64,000 nucleotides of DNA from Mobula hypostoma (GCF_963921235.1 NC_086107.1:106146001-106210000), one strand, 5' to 3'. Shown: positions 39,000 through 52,513, counted from the stretch's first letter. The notes: a model not told the origin generated them from the letters alone. Numbers and translations are program-made.

Positions 39000-39395
39000 T
39001 TGCAGAGAAAGGTTGAACGGATTGGGTCTTTATTGTTTGGAGGGTTGAGGGGGGACTTGATAGAGGTATTTAAAATTATGAGGGGGATAGATAGAGTTGA
39101 CGTGGATAGGCTTTTTCCATTGAGAGTGGGAGAGATTCAAACAAGAGGACATGAGTTGAGAGTTAAAGGGCAGAGGTTTGGGGGTAACATGAGGGGGAAC
39201 TTCTTTACTCAGAGAGTGATAGCTGTGTGGAACAAGCTTCCAGCAGAAGTGGTTGAGGCAGGTTCGATGTTGTCGTTTAAAGTTAAATTGGATAGATATA
39301 TGGACCGGGGGGGGGAATGGAGGGTTATGGGCTGAGTGCAGGTCGGTGGGACTAGGATAGGGTAAAAGTTCGGCACGGACTAGAAGGTCTGTAAT
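39000..39395 (+). mobile_element. CR1 LINE 3' fragment inserted in a tRNA-SINE
   Basis: Peptide LRGDLIEVFKIMRGIDRVD...NFFTQRV.AVWN.LP. Confidence 0.82.
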
Positions 39396-39624
39396 TGTTA
39401 TATGGTTATATGCTAAGGAAAAGCCTGATGTGCCACAAGGAGCGGAAAGGAAAAGCACACTCTTAAAGTGTAATATGTTAGGTGTGTCCCCATGATCATG
39501 TAGGCGATAACTGTATTCAATTTCACTTGCCCCATCACTGCACTGTTCCCACAACCAATTGACTCACTTTCAACGACTCTTCACCTCATGTTCTTGATAT
39601 GTATTGCTTAGTTATCTATTGTGT

Positions 39625-39930
39625 GGGCACGTGGCCAAGTGGTTAAGGCATTGGACTAGCGACCTGAAGGTCGTGAGTTCGAGCCCCAGCCAAGGCAGCA
39701 TGATGTGTCCTTGAGCAAGGCACTTAACCACACATTGCTCTGCGACGACACTGGTGCCAAGCTGTATCGGCCCTAATGCCCTTCCCTTGGACAACATTGG
39801 TGACGTGGAGAAGGGAGACTTGCAGCATGGGCAACTGCTGGTCTTCCATACAACCTTGCCCAGGCCTGCACCCTGGAGAGTGAAGACTCCAGGTGCAGAT
39901 CCATGATCTTGCAAGACTAACAGATGCCTT
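39625..39930 (+). mobile_element. tRNA-derived SINE (partial minus copies at 27484-27690 and 46780-46897)
   Basis: A box TGGCCAAGTGG and B box GAGTTCGAGCC, followed by a shared body. Confidence 0.8.
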
Positions 39931-41492
39931 ACAAGTTATCTATTATTTCTTTCCTTTTGTATTTGCAAAGTTTCTCATCTTCTTGGTTGAACACCCAAGT
40001 CAGGCAGTCTTTCATTGATTTTGTTCTGGTTAGTATGCTATGAATTCATTGTGTGTGGCAACGAGAAAATGAATCTCAGGGTTGTTTATGGTGACATATA
40101 TGTACTTATTTATGTTGATCTTTGATGCTGCATCTTGGTTCTAGATCTCTCCCCCAAGCAGCACGCTCCACTTGAAGCAGTTCAATGTCAAGCTCACTGC
40201 CATCTCAAGGATAATTCGGAAGGGACGTTGCAGACCCACAGCGTTCACGTCCTATAAAAGAATATTAAAAAATGAAAGGAATCATCTCCCCAATTTGAAG
40301 CCATGTGGCGACGACATAGATGCCTTCTTGCAGTGAGACCCTGAGAGCTGGCCTCTCTGATGCTCAGCGTCAGAGAGGAACAAGATCTGGAGTGGGAACA
40401 CCAAGCAGCCCAGCAGCACCATCAGAGGAGAAAAAGAGCCAACATTCCAGGCTGCAGACTCAGACTCATCTGTATCCCATTTCCACTCCGACCCGTCTGT
40501 CCGGGGGCTCCTACACTGTTTCAATGCAATGTTGAGGAGCAGGCCCATCATTGTCTGTCCATGGCAGGGGTTCCCAACCGTTTGCATGCTGTGGGTCAAC
40601 ATCATTAAACAAGGGGCCCGTGGAGACCAGGTTAGGAACCCCTGGCCTATGGACATCACAGGCTTTGGGATGTAATATCGAATTCAATGAATTCAGGTGA
40701 TTTGTTTTCTCTGACTTCTTAGGACTGGCTGCAGGTTATTTTTCTGTAATATGTACTTATTTATTTGTTGCTTGATTGAGATACATCAAAGGGTAGGCTT
40801 TTCCAGCTCCCTGAGCCACACTGCCCAGTAATCCCCCAATTTCATCATAGCCTAATCACGGGATAATTTACAATGGCCAATTAACCTAAAAACCTGTACA
40901 TCTTTGATCTGTCCGTTGCCTGACCTGTCTTTCAGCATTCACTTTCATCTCTCTGCGACAGCTTTGACCTTTATTTCACAGCTTTTACCCTTTATGATCT
41001 CTCTCACTCTCTCTCTACCAACCTGTGAGCTTCATAATTAGCATATCACCATGGCAATACTGGTCTCATCCTATCAGAGATACTCCTTTTATCCTATCTG
41101 TTCCTTCCCCACCCTCTCCAAACCTGAAAACTAATCTGTTTTCTCATTTCTTTTCAGCTCTGATAAAAGCTCTCCTACCCAAAATATTACCTTTCTGTTT
41201 CTCCCTCCTCTTTCTCCAAGAGGACTGCAACCTTGTCGTAGGGTTTGGAGTCTTACGTGCCTCAATGACCCAGAGACCCAGTTGGCAGGAGTCACGGGCC
41301 TTGTGCTTTGGCTCTTGGTAGGGTCACACATACCCAACAGGTCAAAGGGTAGAGGCCAGGCTAAGAGTGGACTAGGTTCAGGGTCTAACAACCCTGACTG
41401 GTCAAAAAACAATGAAACAGCAATCAGAGATGAAGGACCTTCATTGATACCTTAAACGCCATGGTGGAATGGGCAGTGAATAAGTTCTCCCT

Positions 41493-41997
41493 TGTGGAGG
41501 AAAAAATTTTGATAGACAAAGGGTTAATATTGGCTTTTTGAGTGTGGAAAATAGCTTGCAGCTTAGTCTGTTATAGATATGGCTGAGTCTTTTAGCAGAG
41601 ACAGTTCGTAGAATAAATACATGCAGTAGCTTATCTTGAAAGAATTAGCCTCAAGGATATGGGACAAACTCTTTGTTAAACGTATATGGGACTGATTTTT
41701 TAAAACTTTGCCTCTTGCTATGAGTGTAGCTTATCACAAGAGAACTGCATATGAACCTAGCTTACCTTTAGTAATTCACAAGGCAATCAAGGTAATTCAC
41801 GAGGGAATAGAACAGACTTTGCTTTTGCAATCGATTTGTACGTGTATGAAAGGAGCTGTGCTCTCTGTATTATTTGGAGTTCGAAACCCACCGTTAGCGG
41901 TTCCACTCCCCATGATATCGTGAGTAAAGCTCTCTTCATTTCGAAGTCTGAAATGCCCAAATGGAGTACTTGAGTAATTTCTCTAACACCCTCCACA
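41493..41997 (+). mobile_element. Probable solo LTR
   Basis: 8-bp terminal inverted repeat TGTGGAGG...CCTCCACA, 505 bp, AGTAAA near the 3' end; no clear TSD. Confidence 0.55.
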
Positions 41998-42951
41998 GGT
42001 GTTTCCTGACCTGCTGAGAGTTTCCGGCATTTTTCTTTTGTTTTAATTTCAAATTTCCAGCACTTGTTGAGTCAATTCGAAATTTTAGATTCTCCCACTG
42101 TAGGGATTTTGCAGAATGCTTCACTCACTGAAGGATGCCACAATAAACATGCACAACTGCAGAAGGCTTGTGTAACAGTAGCCCATTTAATGGTTCCGAT
42201 GTAACAGAATCTGCATAAGTCACCACAAATACCACACAGTATCGAAAGATATTAACTAGTGATCGTTTCGAAAGAGATTGACAGACCATCGATATTCAGC
42301 GATTGAAAGACACGGACAACAGCAGCATTGCTCATACACGAGCAGAGAATGGGTTTAGCAGCCTTGTCGGAATCAGGTCACATTTAACAACCAACAGGTT
42401 AACACATGCTAAGGACACATGTCAAAATCCAGAGTTCACGTACATGAGGGAAGAAGCGAACATATCATTCAGTGAGCGTTTACCAGTAACGTTTGTAAAC
42501 TGACGGCTGCTTCACCATAATGAGGCAAATCTCCATTCTACAGCTCAAAGAGTGGCAACTCTTTGAGGTCTGTCCATCTCTTTAAATTGCCCCTGGAGTC
42601 TCAATGGTCACAGAACCACCAAGGAGAGTTATCAGAGGGAAGTTAATAAAAAAAGTGTTTCTTTGAAAACTACTGCTGGTGAATTATTAAAGATAGGAGA
42701 CGAGGGGTAGGTGGGGGTTATTTAAAAAATAGGGTGGGGTGGGGATTATGGCACAAAAAAAAGGATATTTGGCCCATTGTGTCCATACTAGTGAAAACAA
42801 TGGTAGAATAAGTACTCAGGAGGAGAAATAAACCCTTCCTGTGGATGTCTAGAGTTATAACCTTCCACTGTATGTATCTATAGATCTATTATGCAAGCAA
42901 TTAAATCTCAAGGTAGTATAAGATAACATATGTACTTCAGTAATACATTTT

Positions 42952-43145
42952 GGTTGGGTTGAGTTGTTCTTCGATCTTGGCAATCCATTTGCAAACGTTT
43001 CGCCACCATCCGAGGAGACATCGTCAGTGTGCAGTTCATTCAGAGGACACACCACCAATGAATAGTACACTGATGAGGTCTCCTCGCATGGTGATGAAAC
43101 GTTTGCAAATGGATTCCCAGGAATGGCGAACAACTCAACCCAACC
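42952..43145. mobile_element. Palindromic element with two opposed hammerhead-like cores (second Penelope-type family)
   Basis: Arms 42952-43040 and 43057-43145 are reverse complements (outer 18 bp exact). CTGATGA...GAAACGTT on plus at 43070-43103 and CTGACGA...GAAACGTT on minus at 43026-42994. Confidence 0.75.
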
Positions 43146-44939
43146 GTCAACCAGCCAAGCTGCATATCTAGAGTTATTTCCAGTAACGCATTGTATTTTG
43201 ACGGACGTACTGTCCTGGTAGCTGAATATTTATACATGGACAATACTTAATCCCTGGTGGAGGGACCATCTTCTTGCTGTTTATACCTCTTTATAATCCC
43301 GGGCCTAGGCTGGTCAGAGCTAGATGGACAATATCGTCCAACACTGGAGCCAGATTAACTGACTGCAAATGTCTCCGCTTTACCTACACCGGCCTTTAAC
43401 GTCAAATTCATCTGAAAAACATATGCAAACGATTAGCGTTGACAATACCGAGATTAACAAGTAAAGTTCAAAGTTCAAAGTACATTACAACATAAAGGTC
43501 AGATAGAAACGAGGCCGTTACATCCCTTTGGGTGACCACCCTCATTCCGTGTTTAGTACTAGGTTGTTGTTTGAGAGGTGGCCATGGTCCCTGGGATGCC
43601 CTTAGAGTCAACATTATGGGTTTAGGCTGCAATGTTGTTTTCTAATGTCCTAAACAACTTGCCTTTAACAAAGAATTCTGCTTTTAAAAAAAACTATAAC
43701 AGTTCCCCATTGAAAACACCAAAAGGTACTAACTGAAGAGATTTGGTGGATTTTACAGGTTTTTCTCCCTCTGGGCATCTAGCTGATTTGGCACAGGATG
43801 AACCCTTCAGTTTAAGCATTGAGTGAGGCAGGTTATGAAGAATCAATTGTCAACTGAAGTTTAAGGATCGATTGGGGGTGAGAAGATCGAGTCTCAAGTG
43901 AGGGATGGTTGGGAAATCGAGGAACCTTCAAGGCCGAGAGACTCGAGATTGATACAGGTTAATTGAGGCATCGTTCTGGGATTATCGGAGGACTAATTAA
44001 ACATAGAATATAGAAAATTACAGCACAGAACAGGTTATTGGGCCTACGATGTTGTGCTGACCTTTTAACCTACTCTAAGAGCAATCTAATCCCTCATACA
44101 TAACACTCTATGTTTTTATCATCTATGCGCCTATCTAAGAGTTTCATAAAAGCCCCTAATGTATCTGCCTCTACCATCACTCCTGCAAGGGCATTCAATG
44201 CACCCATCATCACTCCCTGTGTGAAAAACCTACCTCTGGCATCACCCCTCTACTTCCCTCCAATCACCTTAAAATTACGTCCTCTTGTGAGTTAATCAGA
44301 GAACTGAGGGCCAATCAGGGTCTCGGGTGTTAGTGTGATGCATGAGGACCACGTACACTCAGAACGACATAAAGCAGACAGCAAACCTCCTGGAGATTGC
44401 CAATAGTCTTCTGTTGAATTTGGGGCAGTGAGATTATTGACCTGGGCTCTGTGAGTTTGTGATGTCAGAAGCACAAACAGAAAGGGTTCATCCGAATATC
44501 ATAAATATCAAAACGAACAAATTTACACCCTCACTCGACACATTACCACACATTGGCCAGAGAAAGCCTGGTGACCCCCTGCCCCCAAGCGCGTAGGTCC
44601 ACACATGAACAGCTATGTACACTGGAATGGTACATGATTGTTGGCCAGTGCCTGCAGGGGTACTGGTTTTCCAATCCAACACTCCAAGCGTTTGCCTCAT
44701 CCGCTGGGAACAGACAGTTGGGAAGCACGGGCAGACGAGTGCAGGTCTGGACGGGTGAGCGAGGCTTCCAGTCAGAGTGTTGGCCTTGGAGAAGCCTGAG
44801 TCTCGTTCGTCTGCGCTCGCCGTCGGTCACGCACCCCTGGAGGCACCCCAGCCACTCTGGAGACATAGTGAAGAGTGCAGAAGCTGGCCTCGGCTGTAGC
44901 TGGCCCAGTGAAGGGCGGGCAACGCCAAGGGGCGAAGGA

Positions 44940-45173
44940 TTAGTCCTCCCTGGAGACGGTACCTTGGCTGCACCTCTGGAAAGGCCACTTGGTCGCCCCC
45001 CCGAACAGATCGATCCCGCTACCCTCCCAGGAGAGGACGTTGCCCACCGGATCGGACGAGCAGTTGGCGATGCTCTGGATCTCGGCCGCTGTTAGAATCC
45101 TGTCCCAGACGTTGAACTCCGCCAGCTCGCCGACAAAGGCTTGCGCCGCGTCGTATCTTCCCCCGGCCATATC
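44940..45173 (-). CDS. Neuronal pentraxin, last coding exon
   Basis: Acceptor tgtgcag|GAT. Encodes DMAGGRYDAAQAFVGELAEFNVWDRIL...ANCS...GNVLSW...FGGATKWPFQRCSQGTVSRED followed by TAA at 44942-44940. Confidence 0.96.
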   Translation of the reverse strand, partial: DMAGGRYDAAQAFVGELAEFNVWDRILTAAEIQSIANCSSDPVGNVLSWEGSGIDLFGGATKWPFQRCSQGTVSRED

Positions 45174-45715
45174 CTGCACAAGCAAAGAACAGAGGGACCC
45201 AAGTCACAAGCTTAGCTACCCGATATAGAGAGAAACACACAAAATCAGAGGGGGATGAGACAGAGGAAAAAGTCCTCACCAGACGTACCAGGAAGTGAAG
45301 CTTCTTCTAAATGGACTCACATTCCTGTTTCTATCCCAGCTGGAGGAACCAAGAGGCAGCTGTTACTGGAGGATCTCAGCAGGTCGAACAGCGTCTGTGA
45401 GAGGGTAGGAATTCTCGATGCTTCATGTCGAAAGCCTGCAGGGTTTGACCTGAAACGTTGACAAGTCCTTCCCCTTCCACAGATGCTGCCTGACCAGCTA
45501 AGATCTTCCAGCAGATTGGTGAACCACCCAAGTGTAGTTTTCACAGCAGTAGGAAGCTCCCCAACCAGTTCCCCATCCAGTAATGCTTGGCCAACAGAGG
45601 GGTCATCTATAGAATCACTTCTCCATGGAACAAGGAATGGAGAGGGGATGGAGAAGACAGAGTATGATGGAAATGGAGAGGGAAGGGATGGTTGGATCAC
45701 TTTCTTAGTACTGAC

Positions 45716-45895
45716 CTGCTCCTGCCCAAGGACCAGAGTGCCTCCCGGCTTGATTGGGTGCCAAGGTGCCAGGTTATCTCCTGATCCCTGCCGCGTGCCG
45801 TCCTGGTAAGCCTCCCACTGGCCGTCCCTGGTCGTCCAGGTGATGCACACATGGTGCCACCGTCCGTCGTTAATCTTCAATGGCAGCCGCGCCAC
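45716..45895 (-). CDS. Neuronal pentraxin, exon with pentraxin signature (exon 4 equivalent)
   Basis: Acceptor tctag|GTG and donor GAGCAG|gtcag; 180 nt. Encodes VARLPLKINDGRWHHVCITWTTRDGQWEAYQDG...LAPWHPIKPGGTLVLGQEQ, containing the HxCxTW signature. Confidence 0.97.
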
Positions 45896-47435
45896 CTAGA
45901 AGCACCAATTCATCTCGATGTGAACTTTGCTTCGCCTGTCGTCAGTGCAGAAACCATGGAAACAACAGGATGCCAACACACACACCATTCCAGGCAACTG
46001 GAGTGGATGACCAAAGGCACCAGGGGATCTTGCCCCACACAGGGTTTTTCATATTTCCTTATAATATTGAAGGTGACCATTCAGCCCATTGAATCTGTGC
46101 TTGCACTCAGGCCATGCTCATCGGTTACAGTAGCTGACCCATGACTTTCCTACAGCCTAGCCACTCTCATAGAACAATTCAGCACAGAACAGGCCCTTCG
46201 GCCCACAATGCCTGTACTGAGCATGATGCCAAATTAAACTAAATCTTCACTGCCTGTACATGACAGCTGTCCCACAATTCCCTGCATACTCATGGGCCCC
46301 TCTAAAAGCCTCTTCAGTGCCTCTATCATATCTGCGTCCACTGCTTCCCCTGGCAGACCACCTACAGCTCTCCGTGCAGAAAAGCTCGCCCCCATACATC
46401 TCCTTTCTCACTCTCACTACAAAGCATGGACTCCCACGGACCCCTCCCATGGACAATGGTAGGTGTCCATGGCATGAAGAAGGTTGGGATCCCCTGGTTT
46501 AAAGCCATGCCCACTAGACTGACATTTCGAACATACAACGTAGATCATTACAACACAGTACAGGCCCTTCAGCCCACAATATGTGTCAACCTTCTAACCT
46601 TCTCTAAGATCAATCTAACCCTTCCCTCCTACATAGCCACCCATATGCCAACCTAAGAGTTTCTTAGGGGAGGGAGGGAATGTTGACTCAGACCATGAGA
46701 GGCCTGCGTCGAGCATTTTCATGCCTTATAAGGCGCAGATTGGAAGTCTGTGTGGGGCACTACTCCTTGCACGGACACTAGAGCAATGTGTGATTAATTG
46801 CCTTGCTCAAGGACACAATCACGCTGCCACAGCTGAGGCTCGAACTGGCGACCTTGAGGTAACTAGACAAACGTCTCAACCACTTGGCCACGTGCCCAAC
46901 AGAATGACTCATTTTCTTAAATGACTCCAATGTATCTGCCTCTACCCAGGGCAGACAACTCTTAACTACCTACACTTATCAATGTTCGTTATTTACTTTT
47001 TTTACTTATTTATTGAGAGACAGCGCGGAATAGGCTCTTCCAGCCCTTTGAGTCACACCGCCCAACAATCCTCGATTTCACCCTAACCTAATCACGGGGC
47101 AATTTACATTGACCAATTAACCAACCGACCAGCAGGTCTTTGGACTGTGGGAGGAAACCGGAGCACCCCGGGGGTAAACCCATGCGGTCACGGGGAGAAC
47201 GTACAAATCCCATTAAGGCAGCACCCAGAGTCAGCACTGAACCCAAACTGATGCGCACCTCTGCCTTCTGCCCCAGTGCCCCACCCTGCTTTCCAACCAC
47301 CCAAAGAGTCCCTCTCAGAGGCGAGATGCAATGCCCTAGGCAGGGACATCCTGTCCAATTCTAGCCTCCCTGCTACAACTGGGAGGGCTTCTAGCATGAG
47401 TGATTCACTCAATCGCTCAAGAAATCAGAACTTAC

Positions 47436-47680
47436 TTTATCGTTGATCAGCAGTTCAGCTGGCTTCTTCCCCCACTCGAGTAAGACAATCTCATTCACCT
47501 GTCCGGGCACGGCGTAGGAGAAAGGGGTTCCCATCCCCACACTGGCCTTAGACTTGAGCCACACACAGACGGTCAGAGAGTACAGTTCCGGAAGGCTCCT
47601 CTTCATTTGGGCAAACATATAGTTTGTCCGCACAGGCAGTGATATTTTGTAACTTTCCTGCAATTTATAAGCAGTGGTTT
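47436..47680 (-). CDS. Neuronal pentraxin, start of pentraxin domain (exon 3 equivalent)
   Basis: Acceptor ttcttcccaacag|AA and donor GATAAA|gtaag; 245 nt, phase 1 to 0. Encodes (E)TTAYKLQESYKISLPVRTNYMF...LPELYSLTVCVWLKS...GTPFSYAVPGQVNEIVLLEWG...ELLINDK. Confidence 0.96.
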
Positions 47681-47769
47681 CTGTTGGGAAGAAGTAAAAA
47701 TACTGATTTTAGATTTTATGATCATTCATCTCTGGCAAAAGTCGCAATTCTATCTACTACCCCTGATAT

Positions 47770-49347
47770 AGTACTGAGGGAGTGTCACACTGTCAGAGGG
47801 ACGGTACCGAGGGAGTGTCTCACTGTCGCGGGGGGGCAGTACCAAGGGAGTGTCTCACTGTCGGGGTGCGGAACCGAGGGAGCGTCTCACTGTCGGGGGG
47901 ACAGTACCGAGGGAGCGTCTCACCGTCAGAGGGACGGTACCGAGGGAGCCCTGAGGGAGTGCCACACTGTCAGAGGGACGGTACTGGGGGAGTGCCACAC
48001 TGGCAGAGGGACAGTACTGAGGGAGCGTCTCACTGTCAGAGGGACAGTACTGAGGGAGTGTCTCACTGTCAGAGGGACGGTACCGAGGGAGTGTCTCACT
48101 GTCGGAGGGACAGTACTGAGGGATTGTCTCACTGTCAGAGGGACAGTACCGAGGGAGCGTCACACTGTCAGAGGGACAGTACTGAGGGTGTGTCTCACTG
48201 TCGGAGGGACAGTACTGAGGGAGTGTCTCACTGTCGGAGGGACAGTACTGAGGGAGTGTCTCACTGTCGGGGGGACAGTACCGAGGGAGCGTCTCACTGT
48301 CAGAGGGACGGAACCGAGGGAGTGTCTCACTGTCGGAGGGACGGTACCGAGGGAGTGTCACAGTGTCGGAGGGACGGTACCGAGGGAGTGTCACAGTGTC
48401 GGAGGGACGGTACCGAGGGAGTGTCACACTGTCGGAGGGACGGTACCGAGGGAGTATCACACTGTCAGAGGGACGGTACCGAGGGAGTGTCACACTGTCG
48501 GAGGGACGGTACCGAGGGAGTGTCTCACTGTCGGAGGGACGGTACCGAGGGAGTGTCTCACTGTCGGAGGGACGGTACCGAGGGAGTGTCACACTGTCGG
48601 AGGGACGGTACCGAGGGAGTGTCTCACTGTCGGAGGGACGGTACCGAGGGAGTGTCTCACTGTCGGAGGGACGGTACCGAGGGAGTGTCACACTGTCGGA
48701 GGGACGGTACCGAGGGAGTGTCACACTGTCGGAGGGACGGTACCGAGGGAGTGTCACACTGTCAGAGGGACAGTACTGAGGGAGTGTCTCACTGTCAGAG
48801 GGACAGTACCGAGGGAGTGTCACAGTGTCGGAGGGACAGTACCGAGGGAGTGTCACACTGTCAGAGGGACAGTACCGAGGGAGTGTCACACTGTCAGAGG
48901 GATGGTACGGAGGGAGTGTCTCACTGTCGGAGGGACAGTACTGAGGGAGTGTCTCACTGTCAGAGGGACGGTACCGAGGGAGTGTCTCACTGTCGGAGGG
49001 ACAGTACCGAGGGAGTGTCTCACTGTCGGAGGGACAGTACTGAGGGAGTGCCTCACTGTCAGAGGGACAGTACCGAGGGAGTGTCTCACTGTCGGAGGGA
49101 CAGTACTGAGGGAGTGTCTCAGTGTCAGAGGGACAGTACCGAGGGAGTGTCTCACTGTCGGAGGGACAGTACTGAGGGAGTGCCTCACTGTCAGAGGGAC
49201 AGTACCGAGGGAGTGTCTCACTGTCGGAGGGACAGTACTGAGGGAGTGTCTCAGTGTCAGAGGGACAGTACCGAGGGAGTGTCTCACTGTCAGAGGGACA
49301 GTACTGAGGGAGTGTCTCACTGTCAGAGGGACAGTACCGAGGGAGTG
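47770..49347. repeat. 33-bp minisatellite, about 48 units, intronic
   Basis: Same unit with unrelated flanks; degenerate units at the left end. Confidence 0.97.
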
Positions 49348-50790
49348 CTCAGCTGTCAGAAGTTTCACATCAATGAAACAACACACTGTAGAAGAAACAA
49401 CACTTTGAATGAAGAATTCTCTTTTCATCTCTGCTTTGTAAAAAACCGCGTTGTTTGGAGCCTATGCCCCTGTGTTTACACCCCCAAACCTGAATCTCCA
49501 ATGTCAAGCCCCATAGGTGGAGCGGAGTGATGACGCCGCTAAACAGCGACTCCTTTGCTCGCATCTTTGGAAACAGCTCAGTTTCCATCTTTAAAATCTC
49601 TATTTTTCCCTATCAGGGTTCTTTTGAAGACCCTGACCTGGAGTTACACGCTGACTCTGGTTCTTTGCGGGAATGGGACCCGTTCTCATGTTTTCATAAC
49701 TGGCCGTTGTTCGGCACGTCGGGGCTCAGCCTAAGAATTCAGCTGGCCTTTGGAGGCCTAGGATCTCGGGGCTCTGGAGCTGGGCAGATCGAAGGTCGAT
49801 GTCACAACAGGAATTCTGTGTGTCGTTGGGAGAGTCGGAAGATCTGCGGCTGTGTGTCCAGAGACTCGAGATCTTTGGGCACAGAGCTCGAAGACAGTGG
49901 CATAACAGACTTTTAACATCGTAAACCAGCAAGTTACGTCTCCCCTCTTCGCTGTGAAACGGAGACATCACTTTCTCCCTTATTAGGGAGAGAGAGAGAG
50001 AGCCTGTGGTATGTCAAATACCGGGTGAAATGCGAAGTCTTTGGGGTGTCTGCAAGTCTGTATCTTTGCTGTTGCTTTGCTCACACTTGAGTGCTCGGTG
50101 GTGGGAGCCGTGCTTTTTTTTTGCATTGGGGAGAGGGGGGATCATTGCTTGCTGCCGCTTAAGCGCAGGAGGGAGGGGTGCTGTGGGGGGACTTTGGGGT
50201 TCTAACATTTAACTGTCTTTCATTCCTTGGGGGCACTCCTCTGTTTTCGTAGATAGTTGCGAAGAAAAAGCATTTCAAGATGTATATTGCATACATTTCT
50301 CTGACATTAAATGTAGCTTTGAAGCCTTTGAAATATGTAATACGATTATCTCCCATTTTACTAAACTCATGAGGGTGCAGACCTAGTTCACTTAAACTGT
50401 CCTCATGGGACAGACTCTATATCCCAGGAATCAATGTGGGGAATTCTCACTGAAATATCACAGAGGTAAGGGTATTCTTCCTTAGAGAGGGAGACCAAAC
50501 CTATGCACAATATTTTAGATGTACTGTCCAAAGGTCTCCACATAATTAGACCAAGATGTCTCGGCTGTTGTCCTCAAATCCTCTTGCAATGAGGACAACA
50601 TATTGTCTGCCTTCCAAACTGGCTTCTAAACCTGCATGCTTAACTTCAAATCCCTCTGAACACAATGCTCCAGACACTCACCGTTAAAAAAAAATCTTCT
50701 TTTATTTTTTTTCCAGCCATCTGTTATGACCCCACTTTCCACATTATATTCCATCTGCCACCTCCCTGATCTTCACGTAGCTGGCAGTTA

Positions 50791-51326
50791 CACTCAGAGG
50801 CCACTTTATTAGGTACAGGAGTGGAACCCGTTGTGGTCCTCTGCTGGTATAGCTCGACCACTTCAAGGATTGACATGATGTGCATTCAGAGATACTTTTC
50901 TGCACACCGCTGTTGTAACACGTGGTTATATGAGTTACTGTCACCTTCCTGTCAGCTTGAACCAGTCTGGCCATTCTCCTCTGGCCTCTCTCATTAACAA
51001 GGCATTTTTGCCCACTGAACTGCCACTCACTGGATGTTTTTTGCACCATTCTCTGTAAACTAGAGACTGTTTTCGTGAAAATCCCAGGAGATCAGCAGTT
51101 TCTGAGATACTCAAACCACCCCATCTGGCACCAACAATCATTCTACAGTCAAAGTTATTTAAATCACATGTCATCCCCCATTCTGATGTTCGGTCTGAAC
51201 AACAACTGAACCTCCTGACCATGTCTGCATGCTTTTATGCATTGAGTTGCCGCCACCTGATTGGCTGATTAGATATTTGCATTAACAAGCAGGTGTGCAG
51301 AGGTACCTATTAAAGTGGCCACTATG
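50791..51326 (-). mobile_element. Internally deleted Tc1/mariner element
   Basis: TIR CACTCAG(A/T)GGCCACTTTATTAGGTAC with TA flanks; transposase N-terminal remnant CDLNNFDCRMIVGARWGGLSISETADLLGFS. Confidence 0.85.
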
Positions 51327-51548
51327 TATATTCCTGGTGTCTCACTGCATCTCTCTCAGAGACCACACTGCCTTTCAGCTTTTTATTGATTGTAAACTTT
51401 TATAGATCAAACTTGGCAATCATTGTGAATAGCTGGGGCCCCGACATCGATTCCTGAGGAAACCAACTGGCCATAGCCTTCCAACCCAAAAATCAGGATC
51501 CGAATCAGTTTAATATCACTGACATAGAGCACTATGCAAAAATCTTAG

Positions 51549-51609
51549 ACAGAGAGAGAGAGGGGGAGAGAGAGGGGGGGAGAGAGAGGGGGAGAGAGAG
51601 AGAGAGAGG
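51549..51609. repeat. GA-rich simple repeat
   Basis: (AG)n interrupted by G runs. Confidence 0.85.
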
Positions 51610-52513
51610 ATGTCTAAGACTCTTGCACAGTACTGTATTAATTTTATGTATTGCACTGTACTGCTGCCACAAAAAAAATCAAATTTTATGGCATATGTGA
51701 ATGATAATAAACCTGATTCTGATCTGGGTCTCTACTGTGGACTGAGAGTCGAAAGGGGCAGGGAGGGGGGAATCATGGTTGGGAAAGGGGAAGGGAGAGG
51801 GGAGGGAGCGGGAAGCACCAGAGAGACATTCTATAATGATCAATAAACCAGTTGTTTGGAATCAGACGACTTTGCCTGGTGTCTTGGGGCTGGGTGTGTC
51901 CGCTCTCGCACACCCCAACCCCTGTCACTCCTCCTGCTCCATCTGTCCCACACCCTTCCCTTGGCGCATCACCCTCACCATTCCCAACATCCTTTGCTCC
52001 CGCCAGATTTGCTCCACACTCCACCTTGGCAAATACAATACTGTGCAAAAGTCTTAGGCACCTTAGCTATACATATATAATACTAGGGGAAAAATACTGG
52101 GAGTTCATTGTCTGTTCAGAAATTGGATGGCAGAAGGGAAGAAGATGTTCCTGAATCATTGTATATCTTCAGGCTCCCTGAAGGTAGCAATGAGAAGAGG
52201 GTATGCCCTGGGTGATGGAGGTCCTTAATGATGGACGCTGCCTTTTTGAGGCATTGCCTTTGCACTTGAATTCCTTAACCATAATCTGTCATCTATGTCT
52301 CTGTGCTCCCTCATAACTGGGCACTTTAAGCAACACACATAACATGCTGGAGGAATTCAGTAAGTCAGGCAGCCTCTATAGAGAGGAATTCACAGTCGAT
52401 GCTTTGGGCTGAAACCCTTGATCAGGACTGCTGGAAGAAGGCACAGATTATGGGGTGGGTTGGAGATTATTGGGCTGGAAAAAGGTATGATGTAATCTGG
52501 AGCAAGACTATCA

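Noticed and set aside
39625..39700. tRNA genes here and at 37327-37400
   Set aside because: Pol III boxes continue into dispersed SINE bodies; no convincing cloverleaf.
44553..45095. 180-aa plus-strand ORF
   Set aside because: Antisense shadow of the GC-rich last exon and 3' UTR, with no recognisable motif.
47624..49530. 594-aa and 582-aa ORFs, and similar ORFs at 4820-6112 and 28993-29483
   Set aside because: Translations of a stop-free 33-bp minisatellite, open in several frames on both strands.
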